Assembly: GCA_963666275.2 (NCBI GenBank)
Contig: CAXXOA010000001.1
Coordinates: forward strand, 2,272,001 to 2,336,000
Source of the DNA: Oceanispirochaeta sp.
Lineage (GTDB): Bacteria > Spirochaetota > Spirochaetia > DSM-2461
Reading direction: 5' to 3'
DNA: 64,000 nucleotides
Shown: piece by piece, positions 39,130-48,681 of the stretch
How positions within the stretch are numbered: the stretch's first letter is position 1
Layout: each line of letters starts with the position of its first letter
Notes under the pieces: model-generated
Databases searched by the model: none
The model's input: the letters and a program-made list of their open reading frames with translations, nothing else
What the model was told of the DNA's origin: nothing
Made by a program: the position numbers and the translations under genes

Positions 39130-40206
39130 ATGAACATACTATATGAATTGAACTATCTGATGAGTTTTATACTGGAATCCCTGGCAGACAACTGGTGGCT
39201 CCTGGCAGTATCGGTTCCTCTGTCTGTGGCGGCAGGCTTTCTGGATTTCGGAGAGAGAGTCCGGAACAGCATAAACAGGAATCCCCTGGCAGGTATTCTG
39301 CTGGCAACTCTCTTCGGAGCCTTCAGCCCCCTCTGTTCCTGTACTGTGATACCGGCCATCTTCAGCCTTCTCAGCACGGGAGTCCCACTGGCTCCTGTGA
39401 TGAGCTTCTGGATAGCCTCTCCCTCTATGGATCCGGAGATATTTTTCCTTAGCGTGACCACGCTGGGATGGCCTCTGGCAACGGCCCGTTTGACAGCAAC
39501 CCTGCTGCTCAGTCTCAGTGCGGGCATCATCACCCATCACCTTGAAAAACGGCGTGTCATAGGCACTGAGATCCTGAAGGATTACAGAAATCCCCGTGTA
39601 GAATCCCTGGGCACTCTTGTGAGGCGCTGGTTGAATCAGGGTATGAGAAGAGTCAGGATAACTGCCGCCCCGGTGCTGCAGGGTAACAGTCCAGCAGAAA
39701 TCCGGAACCTGAGCTGCTGTGCCGTCAGGGAAACTTCCTGCTCTTCCGAATGCGGATCTGAAAATAGCGGTAAGGAAGCAAACAAATCTGCCGCTGCGGG
39801 CAGAATCCTGACACAAACCGTATCAGCAACCCTTTTTGTGGCAAAATTCATAGTTCTTGCTTTTTTTCTGGAAGCCCTGATACTCCGGTATATCCCCCAG
39901 GAAAAGATCGCCACCCTTTTGGGAAGTTCCTCCTATCTGGCTCCTCTGTGGATGACACTTCTGGGTGTCCCCCTCTACACAAGCACATTTGCCGCCATGG
40001 GAATAACCGGAGGTCTTTTGGAACAGGGCATGTCTCCCGGAGCAGGGCTTGCCTTTCTGATCTCTGGCCCCGTTACGACAATACCGGCCATGGCAGCGGT
40101 GTATCACATCGTGCGAAGGCGGGTATTCCTTCTCTATCTTGCCTTTCCTTTTGCCGGAGCCCTGATAGCCGGGTATCTCTGGGATTTGGTCAGAATGTTT
40201 TTCTGA
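39130..40206 (+). CDS. arsP: ArsP/DUF318-family permease
   Basis: SPLCSC..IP, SF.IASP, GVPLY, AFLISGP; central Cys-rich loop. Confidence 0.8.
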   Translation: MNILYELNYLMSFILESLADNWWLLAVSVPLSVAAGFLDFGERVRNSINRNPLAGILLATLFGAFSPLCSCTVIPAIFSLLSTGVPLAPVMSFWIASPSMDPEIFFLSVTTLGWPLATARLTATLLLSLSAGIITHHLEKRRVIGTEILKDYRNPRVESLGTLVRRWLNQGMRRVRITAAPVLQGNSPAEIRNLSCCAVRETSCSSECGSENSGKEANKSAAAGRILTQTVSATLFVAKFIVLAFFLEALILRYIPQEKIATLLGSSSYLAPLWMTLLGVPLYTSTFAAMGITGGLLEQGMSPGAGLAFLISGPVTTIPAMAAVYHIVRRRVFLLYLAFPFAGALIAGYLWDLVRMFF

Positions 40207-40259
40207 TCATCAGGAAGACAATAGGAAGGAAATGAGAGCCTGATACTGAAGAGAGTCCA

Positions 40260-40295
40260 TCTGCTCCATCCCGGCTATACAGAGGATGGAGCAGA
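40260..40295. terminator. Hairpin between convergent arsP and YoaK genes
   Basis: TCTGCTCCATCC...GGATGGAGCAGA, 12-bp stem. Confidence 0.65.
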
Positions 40296-40307
40296 AAAAC
40301 GGTCTCT

Positions 40308-40985
40308 TCAGCCGGCTCTTTCCTCTCTGTGAATCAGTAAATAGGCCGGCACCAGAAAAGCTATGCACAGGTAGATGGACGACGCCCCCATTCGGCCCGA
40401 GACGATACCGCCCAGGCTGGCCCCTCCTCCGAAAAATGCTATGACTGATATATAGAGAAGGAATTTCCGTCCGGCCCCTCTGTCTCGGAAGCGCAGAAAA
40501 AGATGAAGGTTCTCCATGGAAGACCGGAGATTCCCGGTTATCATTGTTGTTGCCACCGCAGAACCGTGAAGCCTGTTGAAAGTGGAAACCTGAACCGCCG
40601 CAATAAAGGAAACAATACAGGTAACACTGAAATCCGACAGGGTCTTTCCTGCCAGGCCGATCAGCAGAAAAGAGACAAATTCCAGGGCAAGCACAAGCTT
40701 TATTCTCAGGGAGTTTTCAGAAAGTCTGCGGAGGGATTTCAAAAACTCGGAAATAAGAATCCCCGCTGAAAAAGCCAGGATGGGAAAGAGGTATTTATCA
40801 ATTACCGCAAAATTCCCGCTCAGGAGAGAGATAGAGAACAGGACCACATTCCCAGTCTGGGCATTGGCAAAAACCCCGCCCTTGAGAACATAGGTATAGG
40901 CATCCAGGTAACCGCCGACAAGAGAAAGGGTATAGGCGATCAGAGCGTGCTCATGAATGGATGGAATATTTTGTGCTTTTTTCAA
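40308..40985 (-). CDS. YoaK/DUF1275-family membrane protein
   Basis: GGYLDAYTY, FANAQTGNV, TTMITGNLR. Confidence 0.9.
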   Translation of the reverse strand: MKKAQNIPSIHEHALIAYTLSLVGGYLDAYTYVLKGGVFANAQTGNVVLFSISLLSGNFAVIDKYLFPILAFSAGILISEFLKSLRRLSENSLRIKLVLALEFVSFLLIGLAGKTLSDFSVTCIVSFIAAVQVSTFNRLHGSAVATTMITGNLRSSMENLHLFLRFRDRGAGRKFLLYISVIAFFGGGASLGGIVSGRMGASSIYLCIAFLVPAYLLIHREERAG

Positions 40986-41074
40986 CGTTTCTCCTTCAGA
41001 ATGGGTTCTTCCCGGGGAGAGTGTAGCAGAAGAGGAGCCTCATTGTCCCGGGGCTCTTCTGTGCTGTACCCCAC

Positions 41075-41103
41075 AAAAAAGGGCTGCCTCCGGGGCAGCC
41101 CTT
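41075..41103 (-). terminator. Intrinsic terminator after gltD
   Basis: Minus strand AAGGGCTGCC-CCGGA-GGCAGCCCTT followed by TTTT. Confidence 0.85.
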
Positions 41104-41121
41104 ATGAAATATCCGATAGGA

Positions 41122-42543
41122 TTATTTCAGATATTCATCCACAGCATCAGCGGCTCTTCTACCATGGTTGATAGCCCTGACAACCAGAGACGCTCCGGTT
41201 TCGGCATCACCAGCGGCAAATACGCCGTCAATGGAAGTACCGTAGTTACCATCGGTCTTGATGTTGCCTCTGCCGTCCAGTTCCAGATTCAGATCTGTAA
41301 TGATTCTGTTGTGCTCCACATGGACAAATCCCATGGCCAGGAAGACAAGATCCACTTCCAGCTCAAAATCGCTTCCGTCGATGACTTTCATCTGGGGACG
41401 TCCGCCTGCAGGATCTGAGACCCATTCCACGCGGTTGAACTTTCCTTTCTGAACTTTTCCGTTTCCTTCAAAACCGAGAGTTCCGATGTTCCAGTCCCTC
41501 TCGCATCCTTCCTTGTGGGAAGAGGAGGTTCTGAGGATCTGGGGCCAGTCAGGCCAGCTGGGGTTATGGGGCTGTGTCCATTCCAGGGGCTTGGGCATAA
41601 TCTCATACTGATAGACTTTTTTGGCGCCCTGCCTGTTGGCTGTCCCCACGCAGTCCGAACCGGTATCACCACCGCCGATGACAAGGACAGTTTTTCCTTT
41701 GGCGTTGATCACTTCTTCATCAAAGAACTCACCGGATACATTCTTGTTGGACTGTCCCAGATACTCCAGAGCAAAGTAGACACCCTTCAGCTCTCTTCCG
41801 GGTACCGGAAGGTTTCTGGGAGTTCCCGCGCCCATGGTGATAAGCACGGCGTCAAACTTGTTCTGCAGATAGCGGATGGATAGGTCCTCTCCGATGGCCA
41901 CTCCGGTTTCGAAGTTGACACCTTCCGCCTTCATCTGCTCGATCCTTCTGTCCAGAACACCCTTGTCCAGCTTGAAATCGGGAATTCCGTAGCGCAGAAG
42001 TCCACCGATTTTTTCACTCTTTTCGAAAAGGGTTACCTGATGCCCCATCCTTCTCAGCTGCTGGCTGGCAGCCATTCCGGCAGGCCCGGATCCGACAACG
42101 GCAACGCTTTTTCCTGTTTCCTTTTTGGGAGGACGGGGAACAACCCATCCGGCGGAAAAAGCTTTCTCAATGATCCCCAGCTCCATCTGTTTGATGGTCA
42201 CAGGGGCATCATTGATACTCAGGGTACAGGAGGTTTCACAGGGAGCGGGACAGACCCGTCCTGTGACTTCCGGAAAGTTATTGGTAATTTCCAGTCTTTC
42301 GAAAGCTTCCTTGTACTGTCCTCTGTAAACCGCATCATTCCACTCGGGAATGAGGTTTGTCACAGGGCATCCCAGGTTGTGGCAGAAAGGAGTACCGCAG
42401 TCCATACAGCGGGCTCCCTGATCGGTCAGATTCTCCACGGGAGTGGGAATCATCACCTCTTTATAGTCTTTCAGTCTCTCCTCTATATCTCTATAGAGGA
42501 AATCCTGTCTATTGTACTCTACAAATCCGAGAACCTTACCCAT
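41122..42543 (-). CDS. gltD: Glutamate synthase small subunit
   Basis: RCMDCG.PFC, GRVCPAPCE, GSGPAG, GGGDTG.DC, GASLVVRA. Confidence 0.96.
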   Translation of the reverse strand: MGKVLGFVEYNRQDFLYRDIEERLKDYKEVMIPTPVENLTDQGARCMDCGTPFCHNLGCPVTNLIPEWNDAVYRGQYKEAFERLEITNNFPEVTGRVCPAPCETSCTLSINDAPVTIKQMELGIIEKAFSAGWVVPRPPKKETGKSVAVVGSGPAGMAASQQLRRMGHQVTLFEKSEKIGGLLRYGIPDFKLDKGVLDRRIEQMKAEGVNFETGVAIGEDLSIRYLQNKFDAVLITMGAGTPRNLPVPGRELKGVYFALEYLGQSNKNVSGEFFDEEVINAKGKTVLVIGGGDTGSDCVGTANRQGAKKVYQYEIMPKPLEWTQPHNPSWPDWPQILRTSSSHKEGCERDWNIGTLGFEGNGKVQKGKFNRVEWVSDPAGGRPQMKVIDGSDFELEVDLVFLAMGFVHVEHNRIITDLNLELDGRGNIKTDGNYGTSIDGVFAAGDAETGASLVVRAINHGRRAADAVDEYLK

Positions 42544-45500
42544 TATGCATATACCTCCTCGGTTATAGCGGTTTCATCCGATTCTTTTGTTTCCTGTTCT
42601 TTGATCTTGGCCAGAGCCTTTCTGTAGTCCAGAGGCATAACCTTCACAAAGTTGGGAAGAGACTCTTCCCAGGCGTCAATCAGCCGTTTTCCCTGGAGGC
42701 TGTCGGTATACTCGATGTGTTTTTCGATCATACTCTTCAGGAAGTCGATATCCTCCTGCTCCACAACTGGTTCCACATCCACCATTTCCAGGTTACATCT
42801 TGTATCAAACAGCTGGTTTTCGTCATACACATAGGCAACACCGCCGGACATACCCGCCGCAAAGTTCACACCGGTTTTTCCAAGGATGATAACCCGTCCA
42901 CCGGTCATGTATTCACAACCATGGTCTCCCACGCCTTCTACGACCGCAAGGGCACCGGAGTTTCTGACGGCGAAGCGTTCACCCGCACGTCCGTTGATAA
43001 AGACTTCACCGCCGGTTGCACCGAAGAGGTTCACGTTTCCGGTAATGATGTTTCTGTAACCAGAGAAAGTCGCTCCCGCATGGGGATAGAGGATGATCCG
43101 TCCTCCCGAGAGGCCTTTACCAAGGTAGTCGTTGCTCTCCCCTTCCAGTTCGAAGGTAATCCCTCTGGTAAGGAAAGCGCCGAAACTCTGACCGGCCGAG
43201 CCTTTCAGTTTTACATGGATCGTATCCTTGGGCAGGCCTTCCGCACCGTAGCGGCTTGTTACTTCGTAGCTGAGGGTGGCACCGACGGTTCTGTTGCAGT
43301 TTTTGATAGCCTGCTCGATAACCACGGGCTTTTTATTTTCAATAGCATCTTTCGCCTTTTCAATCAGCCCCTGATCGAGGGAGAGAGAAAAGTCATGATC
43401 CTGTTTATCGTTGCATCTCAGAGGTTCGTTGTCTCCTCTCTGGGGGGGCATCAGGATCTTGGAGAAATCCAGTCCCCTGGCTTTGTAGTGATCAACAGCG
43501 TCATTCACTTCCAGCATATCAACCCGGCCGACCATTTCATCGAAGGTTCTGAATCCCATTTCCGCCATGTACTCCCGGACTTCCTGGGCAATAAAGGTCA
43601 TGAAGTTCATAAGATGCTCGGGTTTGCCGTTAAACCGTTTTCTCAGTTCCGGATCCTGTGTGGCGATTCCCACGGGACAGGCATTGGTATGACACTTTCT
43701 CATCATAACGCATCCCAGAGATACCAGAGAAGCCGAACCGAAACCGAACTCTTCCGCACCCAGAAGGGCGGCGATGGCAACGTCCCGGCCTGTTTTCATC
43801 TGACCGTCACACTGAACTCTGATCCTGGACCGGAGCTTGTTCATAACCAGAACCTGCTGAGTTTCGGCAAGACCGATCTCCCAGGCTGATCCGGCATGCT
43901 TGATGGATGACAGAGGTGAAGCACCGGTACCGCCGTCCCCTCCGGAGATCAGGACCATATCGGCTTTCCCTTTGGCTACACCGGCGGCGACTGTTCCCAC
44001 ACCCACTTCGGATACGAGTTTTACCGAAACCCTGGCTTTGGGGTTGGCGTTTTTCAGGTCGAAGATCAGCTGGGAAAGGTCTTCGATCGAGTAGATATCA
44101 TGATGGGGAGGAGGAGAAATCAGCATAACTCCTGGAGTTGAATGCCGAACCCTGGCTACCACTTCATTGACCTTGTGACCGGGCAGCTGTCCGCCCTCAC
44201 CGGGTTTCGCTCCCTGGGCCATCTTGATCTGCAGCTCATCGCAGTTGCAGAGATAGGGACTGTCCACTCCGAAACGTCCGGAAGCGATCTGCTTGACCCG
44301 GCTCATGGGGTTGTCCCCGTTTTCCCGGATTTTATAGCGTTCCATGTCTTCTCCGCCCTCTCCGGAGTTGCTGTGACCTCCCAGACGGTTCATGGCGATG
44401 GCCATGGTTTCATGCACTTCCCGGCTCATGGAACCGAAGGACATGGCGGAAGAGACAAAGCGTTTGACAATCTCTGATGCGGGTTCAACCTCTCCCAGAG
44501 GAATGGCTCCGTTGGTCTTAAACTTGAAAAGACCTCTCAGAGTATTCAGATTGCTGCTGATATCATTGATACCGGCAGTGTATTTTTTAAACATCTCATA
44601 ATCATCGCCCCGGACCGCTTTCTGCAGGTTCACAACAGCCTCAGCGGAAAAGAGGTGCTTATCCGCATTCTTTCTGGCGGCGAACTCTCCTCCGGAAACC
44701 AGTCTGTTGCTGTAGACATCTTTTTCCTGCCAGGCTTTTCTGTGGCGGGAAAGAACATCGTGTTCAATCACTTCCACATCGATACCGCCGACTCTGGAAA
44801 CAGTGCCGTCAAAGTATTTTTCAATCATTTTCTCGGAAAGACCGATGGCTTCGTAGATCTGGGATCCCCTGTAGCTTCTGATTGTGGAAACGCCCATTTT
44901 GGACATTACCTTCAGCAGGCCTTTCTTGACCGCTGTAATATAGTGCTCAATGGCCTGGGGCAGAGTCAGATCGTCGGGCAGGTAGCCTCTCTCTTTCAGA
45001 TCCGAAAGGGCTTCGAATACAAGATAGGGGTTGATACCGCTGGCACCGTATCCGATCAGAGTGGCAAAGTGATGAACCGTCCTGACCTCACCGGATTCCA
45101 CGAGAAGACCGGCCAGATGCCGTTTTCCCTGGCGGACAAGGTAGTGATGGACAGCCGAAACAGCCAGAAGGGCCGGTATGGAGGCATGATCTTTGTCCAC
45201 GCCCCTGTCGGACAGGATAATCAGGGAATCTCCGAGATCAATTCTGTTCTCCACATCCCGGCAGAGTTTATCGATGGCGTTTTCAAGCTGATGCTCTTCT
45301 TCGGTCACCTGGAAAAGCATGGGAACTGTGGAGACTTTGAAGTCCTCCATGTCCATGGCAAGAAGGCTCTGGATGTCATCGTTAGTCAGAACCGGATGAG
45401 TCAGTTTCAACTGGTGACAGTGTTCGGGAGTCTCGTCCAGCAGGTTCCTCTCTCTTCCCACAAAGCTCATGAGAGACATAACAAGATGCTCCCTGTAGGG

Positions 45501-47069
45501 ATCGATGGGAGGGTTGGTTACCTGGGCGAAGAGCTGTTTGAAGTACTCATACACAAGCTGGGGTTTTTCGGAAAGGACAGCCAGAGGACTGTCGTTCCCC
45601 ATGGAACCGATGGGCTCCTGGCTGTTGGTAGCCATCTGACCGATGACCATTTTTATATCCTCGTAGGAGTATCCGAAGGATTTCATTCTTTCCAGAAGGG
45701 TTTCAGAATCATGGGTAATCTTTCTGGGAGTTCCATGAAGTCCTTTCAGTTCAATTTTCTGCTCACTCAGCCAGCGTCTGTAGGGTTTCTGACGGGAAAT
45801 GATACTCTTGATCTCATTATCCCGGATGACCCTATGCTGATTCAGGTCGACAAGGAACATTTTTCCCGGTTCGAGCCTTCCGTTTTCCAGTATATCTTCC
45901 GGTTCGATATCGATAACACCGGTTTCGGAAGCCAGAACAACTTTACCGCTTCTTGTGATTGTATACCGTCCGGGTCTCAGACCGTTTCTGTCCAGAGTCG
46001 CGCCGATTTTGTATCCGTCCGTAAAGACAAGAGCCGCCGGTCCGTCCCAGGGTTCCATGATCGCCGCATGGTATTCAAAAAAGGATCTTTTATCTTCGGA
46101 AATATGATATTTCACACCGAACGCTTCGGGAACCATCATCATCATGGAGTGTTCCATGGAACGTCCGCCCTTGGAAACCAGCTCGAAAACATTGTCGAAT
46201 GCGGCTGAGTCACTGCAGTTGGGCTGAACAATGGGATACATCTTTTTGATGTCATTTCCGAAACTGGGAGAACTCAGTGAGGTTTCCCGGGCTTTCATAT
46301 TGTTTGTGTTACGGCGGAGTGTATTGATTTCCCCGTTATGGGCGATATAACGGAAGGGCTGCGCCAGAGGCCATGAGGGGAAAGTGTTGGTACTGTATCT
46401 CTGATGTACCAGGGCCATGGCGGAAACAAAATCCTCTTCGCCCAGATCGGGATAAAAAGTTACAAACTGGGGTGCTACAAACATCCCTTTATAAACCATG
46501 GTTTTTGAGGAAAGCGAGGGAAGATAGTACTCATCCAGCTCCCAGCCTTTTTCCAGGGCGCCGTTTTCCAGGCACTTTCTGAGAACATAGAGCTTATTCT
46601 CCAGAGCATCCCCTTCGAGTCCGTCAAAGCTGACAAAGATCTGCTTGAAAGAAGGCATGACCCTTCTGGCAAGTTCACCCAGACAGTCGGGATTCACAGG
46701 AACATCACGCCATCCCAGAAAAGATCCGCCCTCTCTGGCAATGATCTGTTCCGTCATCTCTACAGCTTCGGCTAGTTTTTTTACTCCTGCGGGAAGAAAA
46801 ATCATACCTGCACCGTATGATCCTTCCGCAGGCAGAGAAAAGGGCAGAACCCGTTTAAAAAAATCGTGAGGCATCTGCAGGAGCATACCCGCACCGTCCC
46901 CTGTCTTCATGTCTCCACCGACAGCACCGCGGTGTTCAAGGTTACAAAGGATCTGTACTCCCTCTTCAACAATTTTGTGGGATCTTTCGCCATCTATACG
47001 AGCTACAAAACCGACACCGCAGGCATCGTGTTCGAAAGCCGGGTCATAGAGGCCCCTCTTCTTCATCAT
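42543..47069 (-). CDS. gltB: Glutamate synthase large subunit
   Basis: HDACGVGF, HQRYSTNT, AMSFGS, QGAKPGEGG, CHTNACPVG, GXGXG domain; RBS GGAGGA. Confidence 0.97.
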   Translation of the reverse strand: MMKKRGLYDPAFEHDACGVGFVARIDGERSHKIVEEGVQILCNLEHRGAVGGDMKTGDGAGMLLQMPHDFFKRVLPFSLPAEGSYGAGMIFLPAGVKKLAEAVEMTEQIIAREGGSFLGWRDVPVNPDCLGELARRVMPSFKQIFVSFDGLEGDALENKLYVLRKCLENGALEKGWELDEYYLPSLSSKTMVYKGMFVAPQFVTFYPDLGEEDFVSAMALVHQRYSTNTFPSWPLAQPFRYIAHNGEINTLRRNTNNMKARETSLSSPSFGNDIKKMYPIVQPNCSDSAAFDNVFELVSKGGRSMEHSMMMMVPEAFGVKYHISEDKRSFFEYHAAIMEPWDGPAALVFTDGYKIGATLDRNGLRPGRYTITRSGKVVLASETGVIDIEPEDILENGRLEPGKMFLVDLNQHRVIRDNEIKSIISRQKPYRRWLSEQKIELKGLHGTPRKITHDSETLLERMKSFGYSYEDIKMVIGQMATNSQEPIGSMGNDSPLAVLSEKPQLVYEYFKQLFAQVTNPPIDPYREHLVMSLMSFVGRERNLLDETPEHCHQLKLTHPVLTNDDIQSLLAMDMEDFKVSTVPMLFQVTEEEHQLENAIDKLCRDVENRIDLGDSLIILSDRGVDKDHASIPALLAVSAVHHYLVRQGKRHLAGLLVESGEVRTVHHFATLIGYGASGINPYLVFEALSDLKERGYLPDDLTLPQAIEHYITAVKKGLLKVMSKMGVSTIRSYRGSQIYEAIGLSEKMIEKYFDGTVSRVGGIDVEVIEHDVLSRHRKAWQEKDVYSNRLVSGGEFAARKNADKHLFSAEAVVNLQKAVRGDDYEMFKKYTAGINDISSNLNTLRGLFKFKTNGAIPLGEVEPASEIVKRFVSSAMSFGSMSREVHETMAIAMNRLGGHSNSGEGGEDMERYKIRENGDNPMSRVKQIASGRFGVDSPYLCNCDELQIKMAQGAKPGEGGQLPGHKVNEVVARVRHSTPGVMLISPPPHHDIYSIEDLSQLIFDLKNANPKARVSVKLVSEVGVGTVAAGVAKGKADMVLISGGDGGTGASPLSSIKHAGSAWEIGLAETQQVLVMNKLRSRIRVQCDGQMKTGRDVAIAALLGAEEFGFGSASLVSLGCVMMRKCHTNACPVGIATQDPELRKRFNGKPEHLMNFMTFIAQEVREYMAEMGFRTFDEMVGRVDMLEVNDAVDHYKARGLDFSKILMPPQRGDNEPLRCNDKQDHDFSLSLDQGLIEKAKDAIENKKPVVIEQAIKNCNRTVGATLSYEVTSRYGAEGLPKDTIHVKLKGSAGQSFGAFLTRGITFELEGESNDYLGKGLSGGRIILYPHAGATFSGYRNIITGNVNLFGATGGEVFINGRAGERFAVRNSGALAVVEGVGDHGCEYMTGGRVIILGKTGVNFAAGMSGGVAYVYDENQLFDTRCNLEMVDVEPVVEQEDIDFLKSMIEKHIEYTDSLQGKRLIDAWEESLPNFVKVMPLDYRKALAKIKEQETKESDETAITEEVYA

Positions 47070-47254
47070 ATAATCAACTCCTCCGCTTTTACGGCAATAT
47101 GTTGCCATAAAAAATATACCCTTAAGTAATTTAAGTCAAGACAGGAAAATAGGATTCAAATCAGAATTCATCCTGAAAATGAAAGGAGATTTCCCGCGGG
47201 AAAGTGACGAGGAGGAAAAATTGACAAAATAGTATTAATTAGAGACAGAAAATG

Positions 47255-47767
47255 TCAGTTTTTTTTCACAAAATCGAATCCGAAATCCACAAGAAAAGCT
47301 TCCTTGTACAGAGACAACCGGACTTTTGCCCTTTTTTTCCGTTTATCCAGCTTCACAATCAGCCCTTCCTGACCCTTCAGAGGGCCTTTTACGACTGTAA
47401 TGGTATTATTTTCATGAAGGTCAATTTCGGAAATACCGGCAATCTCCCCTGTTTTCATAAACCGGTTCAACTGCTGTTCCTCCTCCCGGCAGAGAGGAGT
47501 AATCCTGCCGTCGATTTTCAGAAAAGAGAAAACTCCCGGGGTTGACCGGACGACAACGATCTGATCGGGATCCACCTCTTCTGCCGAGAAGAATAGATAC
47601 CCCGGAAACAGGGGTTCCTCCTTCTCCCTGAGCTTTCCCTGCTTCCGGATCATTAGCTTCCGGCGGGGAAAAGAGAGAGAGTTTTCCGGGAACATCCCCG
47701 ATTTCACAAGAAACCGGCGGCACTCGGTCTCACGGCCGGTTGTGACCTGAATTACAAACATGGACAT
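47255..47767 (-). CDS. loaP: Specialised NusG paralog, LoaP-type antiterminator
   Basis: QVTTGRE, LFPGYLF (NGN); GPLKGQEG.IVK.DKRKKRAKV (KOW with basic patch). Confidence 0.78.
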   Translation of the reverse strand: MSMFVIQVTTGRETECRRFLVKSGMFPENSLSFPRRKLMIRKQGKLREKEEPLFPGYLFFSAEEVDPDQIVVVRSTPGVFSFLKIDGRITPLCREEEQQLNRFMKTGEIAGISEIDLHENNTITVVKGPLKGQEGLIVKLDKRKKRAKVRLSLYKEAFLVDFGFDFVKKN

Positions 47768-48681
47768 CAGGCGCTCTCCTTTCCTACTGCCGGGATTTCC
47801 GCCTTTCCGGAATAGAAAAGCATAATGGCCAGTGCCGTCAGAAACATGCCGCCGAATGTAAGCAGGCTGGGTTTGTCATTGCCAATGAAGACCCAGGTCA
47901 ACAGTGGGCCTGCTACAGGAATGAGAAACTTCCACACGGTTATATAGGAAACAGCCTCTTTACGGATTTTCAGAAGGTAGTACCAGATGGAAAACCCGCC
48001 GGAGGTAACACCCGCCAGCCAGAGAAGTGCGGGATAGAAATACCAGGGTGGCACAATCCGGGGAACGCCTTCCAAGACGAACCCCGTCAACAGCAGAAGA
48101 AGACCTCCTGTGGTCAACTGGGCCGAATTGAGAATAAAGGGATCCACCTCATCTGAACTCCGGGCCACAAGAACCACGGCAACGCCGTTAACCACCAGGG
48201 ATCCTGCCATCAGAAGGATGCCCCATGTTTCATCTCCCCCCTGAGGAAGGGAGCCCTTCCCGGCTGCGGTTACCAGAAAAACACTGAGAACTCCAAGCAC
48301 CAGGCTCATCAGCCGCCTGAAACTCAGCCTGTCTCCGGGCAAGAAAAAATGGGCGATCAGAGCGGTTACAAGAGGTCCCAGCCCGTTGATGATAGCCCCG
48401 GTGGAGGCTCTCATTATATTCAGAGAGGAGTAGAAAAATGCATAGAGCCCGAAAGTCTGAAAGACACCCACCATAAGGATAAAACGCCAGTGCCGCCGTA
48501 TCTGGTTCCAGTATCCGCTCCGGCGGGAAATGAGCCCCACCAGGATCCCCGCCAGAGAGAAACGGATCCCTGCGAATACAAAGGGGGTCATAAATTCAAG
48601 ACCTGTTTTAACCCCCAGAAAAGCAGTAGACCAGAGAAGGCAGGCAAAAACGGCCAGAAGCCGGGAATCAGCCGATTTCAT
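47767..48681 (-). CDS. DMT/EamA-family transporter
   Basis: About ten TM helices; LLWSTAF..VK, RF.LAG, two-repeat layout. Confidence 0.88.
   Translation of the reverse strand: MKSADSRLLAVFACLLWSTAFLGVKTGLEFMTPFVFAGIRFSLAGILVGLISRRSGYWNQIRRHWRFILMVGVFQTFGLYAFFYSSLNIMRASTGAIINGLGPLVTALIAHFFLPGDRLSFRRLMSLVLGVLSVFLVTAAGKGSLPQGGDETWGILLMAGSLVVNGVAVVLVARSSDEVDPFILNSAQLTTGGLLLLLTGFVLEGVPRIVPPWYFYPALLWLAGVTSGGFSIWYYLLKIRKEAVSYITVWKFLIPVAGPLLTWVFIGNDKPSLLTFGGMFLTALAIMLFYSGKAEIPAVGKESA

Noticed and set aside
42357..46208. Long plus-strand ORFs of 510 and 517 aa
   Set aside because: Antisense shadows of gltB/gltD with no recognisable motifs
47093..47107. Sigma-54-like TGGCA...TTGC upstream of gltB
   Set aside because: Spacing is one base short of the strict -24/-12 geometry; better explained as a dyad
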